Notes under the pieces: model-generated
Told to the model about the DNA's origin: nothing
Database searches by the model: none
Seen by the model: only the letters and a program-made list of their open reading frames with translations
From: Microbotryum violaceum
Lineage: Eukaryota
Assembly: GCA_001244265.2 (NCBI GenBank)
Contig: CDLV01000007.1
Coordinates: forward strand, 1,736,001-1,800,000
Reading direction: 5' to 3'
Length of the DNA stretch: 64,000 nucleotides
Shown: positions 28,340 through 48,000 of the stretch, piece by piece
Layout: every line of letters begins with the position of its first letter
Numbering within the stretch: the first letter of the stretch is position 1
Translations under genes and position numbers: made by a program

Positions 28340-31091
28340 CTGCTGCTGTAACGCCGGACTCGATCCAACTCGTCAAAACCTGTGTTCCCTGTCATTTGGG
28401 AAAAGATGTTGCGCAACGATCCCACGCTGCCGCAGGGCACCGCGCAACCGCTCCCTTTGGTCGAGTCTTCATGGACCTTTGGGGCCCCGGTCCAGTCGTG
28501 GTCATCGCTACCTTTGCGGTGGTATGGATTAGTACTCTTGTTATCGCTGGCTCTGTGGTATCACAGCGAAGAGCAACGCGACACGTGCAATTCAGGACCT
28601 CGTTGCGTTCTCATGCGTTCAGTACCCTGGCTCGTCGTTTCGAACGCTCGTGACCGACCGCGATGGGGAATTCGTCAACAAGCAGTTAGACGGCTGGCTT
28701 GCGTCACGGGGTGTTGTACATGCGCTATCGGCGCCATACAAACACGGTCAGATGGGCTTGCAAGAACGTTCCTGGCGCTCAATCTTTGACAAGGTCCGCA
28801 CCTCTTTGGCCCAATCCGGCCGGCCACTCTTCCTCTGGGAAGAAGCTGCCCACGCCGCCGTGTACGCCCTCAACCTGAAGGCAACCCCTGTGCTTGACAA
28901 CTCAACTCCGGACTTGGTCCTACACGCCTCCGGCGACCCCGTCGCCGAACATCGTCGCCCACGCGGATCCCGCCTCCGTGTTTGGGGCTGCCGGGCGCTC
29001 GTCCCACTACTACCGGAACAGCGCGGGCACAAGCTCGCGCCCCGGTCTCGTCACTGCTTCTTCGTTGGCTACTCGCAGACGTCTCAAGCCTGGCGTTTTT
29101 ACGACCCCGCTCGCCGCAAGGTGTTCGAGTCGTCTCAAGCCACCTTCTTCAAACGGGAATTCGGCCGGTCGCACAACGCGACGGAGATGCGGACGCTACG
29201 ACGATGGACCGGTCCTATGCACAACGACGGTTCGTCCATCGCCGCGGCCCCGAAGACACCATTGACAGTGACGATACAATTTCTGAGGACTCGCTGCCCC
29301 TTCTCAGTCCGCCCCATGTGTCCGTCGCCGAGCAGCCTGTGCCTCCTGTCCACGGCACAGCACCACCACCGCAGGGGCTTGCCTTCAACAACCCGGGACC
29401 AGCCTGGTCAGCTCCGCTCGGCGATCGATCGTCTCGTAATTGTGGACCTCCAGAGCGCCTTGGCGACTTCACGATGGCGGCGACAGCCGTCACCGAGTTT
29501 GCTGTCGAAATCATCGACTTCGAATGGGCCTTCACCACCCGCCCAAGCCCTGACGCCCCGACATATTGGGAAGCAATGTCGAGTAAGGACCGGGAAATGT
29601 GGCTCCTGGCGATCAAGACCGCAAAGGCCGCGCTCGCAGCAAAGGGGACGTTTTCTTTGCTGCTCTTCAATCTGCCACCCGGCACACCCATCATCAAGAG
29701 CAACTGGGTCCTCGCAATCAAACGCGACAGCGAAGGCCGCATTGAGAAATACAAGGCTCATCTCGTTGCTCGCGGCAATATGCAAAAGGCTGGCCGCGAT
29801 TACAAGGAAACCTTCTCGCCCACCGGTCGCGCCGCTTCACACCGGCTCCTGCTCGCTTTGGCTGTCGAGAACGAGTGGGAAACCCGCCAATTCGACGTCT
29901 CTTCTGCATACCTCAATGGGGAGATGGGCAATGTTGCTGTTCACATGGAGCTCCCGGACACGTCGGTTGTCCGCTTGCACAAAACCCTCTACGGCCTGTG
30001 TCAAGCAGGTCGGGAGTGGTACAAGGTCTTCGCGGGCTGGATCGCGTCAATCGGTTTTGTCCGCACCGAAAGCGATCACGCTGTATTTGTCAAGTCCGAA
30101 GGGGCGCGCAAACTGTTCCTCTCCATCCACGTCGACGACGGCCTGCTTACCGGTGATGGCGACCTCGATGGCTTCATCCAACAACTCAAATCTCGTTTCG
30201 AGGCGAAAAGCTCCGACGAGGCGACCTTCTTCCTCGGTCAACGCATTCTCCGGGATGGCAAGACGGGTGCAGCGATCGTTCACCAGCCCCACTTCATCCC
30301 ATCAATCCTGGAAGACCACGACATGGCGGGATGCAGTTCAAGGTCGACACCGATCCCGCTCTACAAGTCACACCTGCGTAAGGACGTCACTTTCGACGCT
30401 TCGACAAAGCCGTGCCGCACGATCGTCGGCAAACTCCTCTTCCTCAGCGGAACTACGCGGCCTGACATTGCCTTCGCTGTATCAAAGGTTGCATCACATT
30501 GCAACAACTTTTTGCAACAGGATTGGGAGGCTTTGTTGCACATCCTCCGATACCTCAAGGGAACCCGAGACGTCGGACTTCTGTTCCGCAAGGCGGAGGG
30601 TGCTCCTCTCCTCAAGGGCTTTGTTGACGCCGATCACGGAGCGGACCCGGAGACTCGTCTAAGTGTCACAGGTTTTGTGTTCCTTTGCGCGGGTGGCGCG
30701 GTCTCGTGGATGTCCAAGCGACAGGCGCTCGTCACCGTATCCAGCACCGAGGCCGAGTACATTGCTATGTCGTTTGCTGCGCGCGAGGGCATCTGGCTTC
30801 GTCGCCTCCTTGCCGAGCTCGGCTTTGCCCAGAGCGAACCAACAAAGCTTCATGGCGACAACCAGTCGGCAATCCAGCTCGCCAAACACCCAGCCTTCCA
30901 TGCTCGTACTAAGCACATCGACATCCACTTTCACTTCATCCGAGACCACATTGCCGAGGGTACGATCGAGATGGTCTGGATTCCCACGAACAAGATGGCG
31001 GCGGATGTCTTGACCAAAGGACTCGGGTCGCGGAAGCACTGGGATTTTGTACACGCGATGGGTTTGGTAGATGCATTGCGTGAAGGGGCGA
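28340..31091 (+). mobile_element. Ty1/Copia pol fragment (integrase-RT-RNase H), frameshifted, no gag or protease
   Basis: CVPCHLGK, VFMDLWGP, TDRDGEF, QMGLQER, LRVWGC, YKAHLVARG, FDVSSAYLNG, LHKTLYGLCQAGREW, IHVDD, FVDAD, SSTEAEY, RTKHIDIHFHFIR, ADVLTKGL. Purine tract at ~31082-31092. Confidence 0.93.
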
Positions 31092-31369
31092 GTTGGAAGG
31101 AGCGACGAGCGGTCGAGGAGGTCTGTGCGGCATACACGCGAGTGCAAGAGGGCCTGAATAGAATTTGATAGGCCTGATCCCGCGCGTGACAAACTGGGTC
31201 TTTTCCTCACGTTTGGCTCTGCATCGGATCAGGTGTGTACTTCGCGTATTCATGCCTCAATGTGTTAAATGATTAACTTTGACATTTGGCTCTGCATCGG
31301 ATCAGTCCATTGTTCAACTCTCGAGACTGAACACACAAAGTGTACCCCGAGTCAGCCTCTATAATAAAA

Positions 31370-32896
31370 GAGAAAAGGGCAAATTGTAAGGCTCGGTTGC
31401 CTTACGCTATTTAACTACCCTTCTGATTTCAATATGCATCTATTGAAATCGTCAGTATTTTGGACCGTGTAACCTAGTTATTTGATCTCTAATGGCTGTA
31501 ACGGATGAATGAACGAACGATAGGGCCATCAGAGATTCGTCTAATCATGCTTAGAGTATCTCTAAGTCTGGTGGTGGCGGGTGTAAGGCTCGGTTGCCTT
31601 ACGCTATTTAAAAGACTGACGATTTCAATAGATTACCCCAGGCCCTTCACAACTAGGTTACACGGTCCAAAAGACTGACGATTTCAATAGATGCATATTG
31701 AAATCAGAAGGGTAGTTAAATAGCGTAAGGCAACCGAGCCTTACACAAATCTGCCCTCGAAAGATAGCGAAAGGACAAAAATGCCCTCGCTTCTTTTCAT
31801 GAGGACAGAAATGCCCTTCTCTAAAGGACCAAAATGCCCTCGGATTCTCGACTTCTGTAATACTTGATATATCAGCTCATAACCACGAAGGTAGGTTCTT
31901 GTAGTCGTTGTGATCAGCACCGTATACTCAGAATCCCCAGAGATGTCGTGAGAAGCCAGTTATCACGGTCGCAAGCCGAAAGCGAGCGATGAGTATAGAC
32001 CGCAGTGAATTTCATATGAAACAGGCCAGCATGCCTTCAACTTGTAGTAACATTGACAGTCCTGACACCTTTTGCTCAGATGCAAATGGTCTATCTATCT
32101 ATCGCATGTAACTCGGTTGTGTCCGGGCCTTTGCAGAGACCACAGATCGTGTCGCGCTTGGACCTCTCGTCCGCACCCTGGATCCTGCGCTTGATCCGAC
32201 GTCGTGTACGCGTGGAGAGATGTGACGGAATGATAATGACACCCTCTTCTTCGCCAGTTGAGTCACTATCGTCCACTTCACCATACCTCATGACGCTCAC
32301 GAGGAAGACAATGCAGCTTCCTTTCGGCCCGAGATGGAACTGGTTGGAGCGGTGTCGCGTAAGTCTGCTCTTGCTGTCGCCGGTGTGCAGCTGCGATCGG
32401 TGACTGTGGGCTTCATTAAAGACAATGATGGTCCAAACACTGCATTCTTCTTTGGAGACAGCAATGGCAGAGAAGGAGCACGGAGGATATTGAACACTCT
32501 TGCTCACGACGCATGTCAGACTTGCGAATGTCGCTGAAACTGGTGATCAAGCGCATATTGATGGCCCGCATCTGTCGATGTCGGGGCGAGAATGCGGAAG
32601 GTGGCCAACGTCGATTCGTGAACTCGCGCGTCTCGACGCGTCGACGATCGATGAGGACCCCTGACTTTGCGACCGTGATAACTGGCTTCTCACGGCATCT
32701 CTGGGGATTCTGAGTATACAGCGCTGATCACAACGACTACAAGAACCTACCTTCGTGGTTATGAGCTGACATATCAAGTATTACAGAAGTCGGGAATCCG
32801 AGGGCATTTTGGTCCTTTAGAGAAGGGCATTTCTGTCCTCATGAAAAGAAGCGAGGGCATTTTCGCTATCTTCCGAGGGCATTTTGTCCTTTTCTC
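31370..32896 (-). mobile_element. Non-autonomous Mutator-like element (MULE) with internally deleted transposase
   Basis: ~230-bp TIRs starting GAGAAAAGG (left TIR 31370-31974, interrupted by the MITE; right TIR ~32667-32896). 9-bp TSD ATAATAAAA (31361-31369, 32897-32905). Internal minus ORF joins a WRKY/FAR1-like CSF..WTIIVFNEAHSH segment to a C-terminal CGLCKG knuckle remnant. Confidence 0.9.
31385..31745. mobile_element. 361-bp fold-back MITE with TG..CA termini, inserted in the MULE left TIR
   Basis: 95-bp TIRs (31385-31479 and 31651-31745, one mismatch seen). 5-bp TSD CAAAT (31380-31384, 31746-31750). A third partial TIR copy at 31582-31611. Confidence 0.92.
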
Positions 32897-33689
32897 ATAA
32901 TAAAATCTAGTAGTAGGTAGGCTGGCCCTCTAGGTCGCTCCGCCGATGGACCACGCGAATCAGTGTCTGCAGCACGCCATTTGGCATTCCTCGAAATCAA
33001 ACGTGGTAGGTGTGGGTACCACGATGTCATTGGCTGTGCTTCGCTTGAGATGTAGCCACTCTCGCATGCTGGACAACGCCCAGCGCATGAAGACAACAGA
33101 ATACCCAAAAATAATTATGTAGTCTTTGATCGCCGAGAGAGTAACCCTGCAAGTTGTGAGTCTGACAAACAATCTGCAGTTGTTCCAAATTAAGTTTGAC
33201 GTTGGACAAGACGAGCTGTTGCAACGAGCACCTGATCACTAGATCCCCGTCAAGCGAATGCGAGGAACCAGATCTGTTCAGTCCATGATAAGTGCACTGT
33301 ACTCGTTCGCCATGTTGGCAAGAGCGACTGCCTCTTGTCAAGCCAAGCTCCCAGATGCTGTCCAATGAGTCGCAATGATGACTCGGCGTCGGGATGCACG
33401 ACTAAGACACGTGAACTTGGAGAGATCGACATCGCCGCAGGGTGGGTGGACATAAATGCCACTTGATACCAATGACTAGTGTGTCGGACCGACTGAGCAC
33501 CGTTCGTGACTGATGAACTACTCCACGGTGGAGGAGGGTTGTACCATGAGCTACTGAGATGTTGATGTTCGCACACAGCTATCAGACGGGCCGAAACGCA
33601 CGCCTAAGTACAGGACTTTGCACTCCGGCCATTCGCCGCCGTTCCGCGCCGGTCTGTGCAGGTCTGTGCCGGCTTTTGCCGGCTGGCTG

Positions 33690-33885
33690 TAATGTTGAGA
33701 CCGTCGTCAATTTCCCAAACGCGTCCCAGGCCGCTCCCCCGGCATTGAGACCGTCGTCAATTTCCCAATCTCGCGGCGCGCCCCCAGGCCGCCCCCCGGC
33801 GCTGAGATCGTCGTCAATTTCCCAAGCTCGCGCCGCCGAATTTTTCTGGAACAAACCTTCAGCTCTAAAGAGATTCAGGGATCTT
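33690..33885 (-). repeat. Repeat block with three tgaga(c/t)cgtcgtcaatttccca units, related in inverted orientation to 25117-25200
   Basis: Reverse complement atccctgaatctctttagagctgaaggtttgttc..gaaattgacgacgatctca aligns by eye with atccctgaagttctctagagctgaaggtttgttc..gaaattgatgacaatctca at 25117-25197. Confidence 0.75.
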
Positions 33886-33899
33886 CGGAAAAGTCGGAG

Positions 33900-34664
33900 G
33901 GAATGCTGTTACACACACTGGCAGAAGCCAGTAGTGTAGGACTCATTGACCCTGAACCAGGATCAACGATACCCACTAAAACCCCCTTTGGTGTCTTACA
34001 GAGACACTAGGCGACCCTTGGACTCCTGAATAGAGGCTCGAAGCCCCTCGAACTCCGTTTCGGTGACCGGTTCCAAAGGATCCGACGAGAATCGGCGACG
34101 GCGACAGAGCTTCCAGATCGAGTGAAAGAACAGCACTCGTAGTTCGACAAGTCGACGTTCCGAGCGAGACACGACCGGACATACAAAGTCCACAAAGACT
34201 GGGTGGGGGGTCGGGGACAGAGCAGACCAGAGACGCCGGGCCAAAGGGGCAGCCGACCGCGAGGTGGGCCAGGCACTCGGGTGCTTCCGAGAGGCACATC
34301 ATACAGGAGGCAGATCGATTGTTGGGGTGCGGGCTGGTTGGGGAGGCGACTTGGCTTCCCGGATGGCGGGACCCCAGGGAGAGAAGGTGGCCGGTATCCT
34401 CGGCGTCCGAGTGAACCCGGCGAACCTTGCGCAAAGCCTTCCACCAAGCGTTCCAACGTTGTTCAGGCAGATCAAATACCTTCTGGTGTCCATTGGGGAA
34501 GATAGGAGGGAAGATGAAGACTTGGTGGCGTTTGGACGCGTTCACAAACGAAGACGGGGCCATCACCTCGCCATCGGGCCCTCGAAAAAGCGTTGGGTTT
34601 ACCGAGAGTTGTATTCCTTGGCCCACTGGGAAGAAGAGTACGTGCGTCGCCCATTGCTCGAGGT
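33900..34664 (-). mobile_element. 3' part of L1-clade element 1 (zf-RVT-type C-terminus and 3' UTR), displaced by inversion
   Basis: CMMC..ECLAHLAVGCPF and FFHSIWKLCRRRRF. After removing the two LTRs the frame continues from 26409: PPELSKSQNL|EQWATHVLFFPVGQG. Confidence 0.85.
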
Positions 34665-34961
34665 TTTCACGGTTTGTTCTCTAGTGGAATCTGATGATGA
34701 CCACGACTCAGTCCAATGAACAGGGACGAGAACAGAGTGTAGGATTCCAAAGGAGCTGACCTGATGATGACCACGACTCAGTCCAATGACAGACTCGCGG
34801 AAGGCTAACTGTTAAAGCGCTGCAATAATAGAGGAACTAAGGAGACAATTAGCTAATAGCTGGGATATTGAAATACCAACGGGCCAAATGAAGGCACGTT
34901 GGGCTCAATCCTAAGAGATGTTGTAATTGGATGAGGACGGTGAAACCAGCTATCCTTGACA
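34665..34961. mobile_element. Solo LTR of another family inserted in L1 element 1
   Basis: Minus strand reads TGTCA...TGAAA (likely TGACA with one change). 5-bp TSD GAGGT at 34660-34664 and 34962-34966. Internal direct repeat ctgatgatgaccacgactcagtccaatga occurs twice. Confidence 0.8.
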
Positions 34962-34969
34962 GAGGTTCT

Positions 34970-43807
<8,838 letters not shown>

Positions 43808-44785
43808 CGTGGCTCCGCCTGTTCCCATTTGGACCCGGAGAACATTCTTGACCTGCCCAATTACAGTCAATGTTATGCCGAGGTCCGGGAGGGGCTTTTT
43901 ACCGGTCGCATGTACGCCAAAGAATATCCCACGCAACTCCCCGTGACTGTTGATGAGCACCCTGGGCAACTTGCACAAGGATTTCCCACACTGGGGAGTG
44001 GGCACCCTGGGTGAAGGTGATCTATGTGCGGTTGTCTGCACCGTCGAGGCTCGCATTTGGAGGCACAGGTCCTCTGGCAAACCTTTTGTGCATATTGCAT
44101 GGGCCTGGTGTAGTTTCCCTGTCTGATGTGCAGCCGATGACACACCAGACCACACCCCCGCCGACAGTCCGCAGTCCCAGGCGGGTCATCACCTCCCCTG
44201 TCAAGTGTTTGGCAATGGACGCCAAGCTGAATGCTGACCTGTGGAGCACCGATGGTCACGAGGATGAGTTCAATCCCGCAATTCCCCACTAAACCTTTCA
44301 TACCAGCTGACGAGTTTGGTTACTTGGGGGTTCAACAGTCACTGACAACAACAATAATCCGGTCCACGCGCAGGCGAAAGAGGCCGCCGACAATGATCAT
44401 GAATGAAGTCTGCTTCGGAACGCGCGGCTGGCTCCTACCGCAGGACCGGAATGGGTCATGCTTGATTGGTCTCAAGCGAATGGCGAGGAAAAAAAGGGTT
44501 CCTGGACCTTGTTTAGACAACGGAAACGATATATATGTCTGAATGAGGATAGACAGAGAAGAAAATTGAAATGAAATGCAGTCAAAATTGAATGTAAGGT
44601 GTATTTAATTTGTTGTTAGAGTCTCTAGCCTTGTCTTGCGGTGGTTATTCGCCTCTAAGTAGGAGGTAGTGCCTATCCTCGGGCCATAGTTGTGAGTGTG
44701 ACTTTATAGAGAGCGCTGGAGGTTCAGGGAGTCGGACTCATCGCCGCCCCGCGGTGCGTTAATCTCAAGCCTTGAGGAAAAAAAA
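43808..44785 (+). mobile_element. Probable degenerate 3' end of a LINE (possibly L1 element 2) ending in an A8 tail
   Basis: Decayed coding-like segment (..VEARIWRHR..), AT-richer UTR-like stretch, A8 at 44778-44785. Orientation fits L1 element 2 once the 8.3-kb inversion is undone. Confidence 0.4.
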
Positions 44786-45069
44786 CCCCAAAAGTAGGCG
44801 GTACCTGAATCCTGGATGCTGCCATCGTGGTTTGGAATGCCAACTGCGGCGCACCTGATCACTGCATTGCCATCTGCCTTCTACCATTGCCGCCGCATTG
44901 GGTGTTGGCCCCGTGCCACAGGAATACTACAGGGTGTGGTCCTCCTCTGATGGGCCTTTGTTGCAGTGTCAGGTGCTGACTCATTGCAAACACTTTCTCA
45001 TTAGGATCATGCGACCCAATCCAGTGATGAAAGCGGGGAGCTCCTCCAAAAAGCGGCGGCTTAGCAAGG

Positions 45070-48000
45070 CCCATAGCAAAAAAGGTGTAAGGCCCGTGCG
45101 CCTCGGCCTTAGGAAGAGGGGACGCGCGCCTGGGCACTCTTAGTCTCTCTCCAGCGACTGATACGAGTGTCCAGGTGAGCACAAGGTGGATCAGAAGGCA
45201 TTGTCATACCAGCGACTGATACGAGTGTCCAGGTGAGCACAAGGTGGATCAGAAGGCATTGTCATACCAGCGACTGATACGAGTGTCCAGTGTCAATTCT
45301 ACATACTTTGGTCCTGTGATCCTTGTCGTCGTCGCTGAGGTGTACACTCCGAAGTCGTCATTGGCGACGTGCTGATCAATCAGGCGCTTCCAGGCTTCCC
45401 GGTAACGGTGTGCCGCTCGATAACCCTTCAAGTTCGGTTTTGTTGCTCCGTCCTTCAGCTCGATTCGGTGTCGGACCGGTGATTCATACGTCGAAACCGG
45501 AGGAATATCCCCCGGGAACCGATCCGCGAACTCGACCCGTAGCTTTGCCTCCCGCCGTCGCAACTCCGTCAACTCCGTTTCCCTTTGCTGGACCCCGTCG
45601 ATGCAGGCAATCACTGCACGCCAGTTGATCCGAGCTTTATCGCTTCGTTTGGCATTCCTCGCCGCGGCTCGCTGGGGGTGGGGTCCGAAGACCGGCGCAA
45701 GAAGGTCGATCTTTACGTCAGGCATGGTCGGATGTGGCACCAGGATCTTGTGTGCCGCGAAGTCGATGGTAACCTTGTGTTTTACAAGGAAGTTGAACCC
45801 CAGTACCACTTCCAAGGGCTCCTGCAGTTTAGCCACCTTCAGAATCGTGTGTCCCGCTTCCCATGCGCCATTCTCGAGCGTGATCGGAATCTTTACAAAC
45901 GAGGTAACATGAAACGCGCGTGCTTGGTCTTTGATTGCAGTTTTGACCAATGTAGGAACAGGGAGACGATGCATGACTAACCCCAGTTTCTCAACCACCT
46001 TATCTGCGATAAAGGAGGAAGAGGCCCCAGAGTCAGCAAGTGCCTGCAACGTCTTTGACTTCGTGTTGTTGTGCAGAGTGATGGGAATGGTGGAGATGAA
46101 CTGAGGGGCGTACTCGTTTTCTTCGTCCGTTGAGATGTCGTCTTCTGAGTTTTCCGCAATTTGATGGAGGGTGTCGTTCTTAGCCGCTTTCGCCGTCTTC
46201 TTTTCGAATTCGGCCCACCCCTCCGGGACATCCGGTGCCTGCTGCCAGTTGGCTGTACAGTCGCTCGCGCGGTGATCCGTGTTGATGCGTCTGCAGTTAA
46301 AGCAACCCTCCTGCTCATCGTCCGAGCTGTCCTCCTTTTCCTCTGGCGCGGATGATGGCGCTGGTTGGGCGGTGGATTTCTTGCCACGCGCCATGTTCGT
46401 CCGTTACCGTTCGTTGTCGTTCGTTCGTTCCGCGGGTGTGTCGCTGGCGCACGTGGCAGTGTGCGTCTTTGACCGGTGTGAAAAAAAAAGTTGCGACGGC
46501 GGGAGGCAAAGCTACGGGTCGAGTTCGCGGATCGGTTCCCGGGGATATTCCTCCGGCTTCGACGTATGAATCACCGGTCCGACACCGAATCGAGCTGAAG
46601 GACGGAGCAACAAAACCGAACTTGAAGGGTTATCGAGCGGCACACTGTTACCGGGAAGCCTGGAAGCGCCTGATTGATCAGCACGTCGCCAATGGCCGCC
46701 TTCGAAAGTCGTCATCAGAGTTCGCGTCCCCGGCGTTTGTCATCCCAAAGAAAGGTATGGATAAGGACCCGTCAATCCAACCACGCATGGTCTGTGACTA
46801 CCGAGTACTCAACGAAGGGACGGTCCGAGATCGCACACCTCTACCACTTCCGGACGAGATTCTGTCGGTCTGCTCAAACGCGCGATTCTGGGGGAAGATC
46901 AACATGACAAACTCCTTCTTCCAAACCAAGATGGCCGAGGAAGACATCCGGAAGACGGCGATTGTGACACCGTGGGGATTGTACGAGTGGACGGTAATGC
47001 CAATGGGACTCTGCAACGCCCCGGCAACGCATCAGCACCGAGTCAACGAGGCACTCGGAGACCTTATCGGGAGCGTGTGTTTCGTGTACCTCGATGACAT
47101 CACAATCTTTGCCGACACCTTGGAGGAACATGAACGACGGGTGCGACTAGTCCTGGAGGCGCTGAGACGGGCGGATCTGTACGTATCGCCGAAGAAGACG
47201 GAACTGTTTGCTGCCGAGTGCTTTTTCCTCGGCCACCAGATCACTCGGGAAGGCATCAAGGTCGATCCTGACAAGGTGGAGCGGATCCAACAGTGGCCGC
47301 GACCAAGGACGGTGAAGCAATTGCGGGGATTCCTAGGTCTGGTGCAGTATCTGCGGAAGTTCATCGACAAGCTTGCGGATTTGACGGCGGTTTTAGTCCC
47401 GCTGACACGGAAAGGGGTGCATGTCGACGAAGGCTGGACGGGAGAGCACGACAAGGCGTTTGAGGCAATCAAGTCCTTGGTGGGCAACCTTCCTTCTCTA
47501 CATCCCATTGACCATTCCGACAAGGGCGACCCATTATGGCTGATGACGGACGCGAGCAATCGGGGAATCGGGGCGGCACTCAGTCAAGGAAAGCAATGGC
47601 AGACGGCCATGCCGGCAGGCTATTGGTCACGACAGTACAACCCAGCGGAAGGCAACTATGCAGCCCACGAGATGGAATTGCTTGCAATTGTGGCCGCCCT
47701 TCATCACTGGCGGGCGGACCTTTTGGGTGTTCGATTCAAGATCCTCACAGACCACCACTCCTTGGCGGGCTTCATGAAGCAACCAAGCCTTTCACGACGA
47801 CAAGCTCGATGGACCGAACGACTGGCCGATTACGACTTCGAGATTGTATATGTACGAGGTCCAGAGAACACAGTGGCTGATGCATTGAGTCGTTACTCTT
47901 TCCCGGAGGAACCCACAGCCGGCCGCCAGGCGAGCGACAATGTCAACGTGCTGGCGGAGGCAACTCTCGATCCTGCCTTCCTTTGCAAACTCAGGGACGG

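Noticed and set aside
28650-30662. 670-aa ORF overlapping the 728-aa Copia ORF
   Set aside because: Only the first part is integrase. The rest is off-frame read-through after a mutational frameshift in GC-rich sequence.
32906-33600. Decayed coding-like sequence that might be the hAT transposase
   Set aside because: No recognisable hAT motifs in any frame, so it was left unannotated.
45152-45290. Three 24-bp direct repeats with regular spacing, superficially CRISPR-like
   Set aside because: The spacers are identical. It is a 57-bp tandem duplication inside a Gypsy LTR in a eukaryotic genome, and no cas genes are present.
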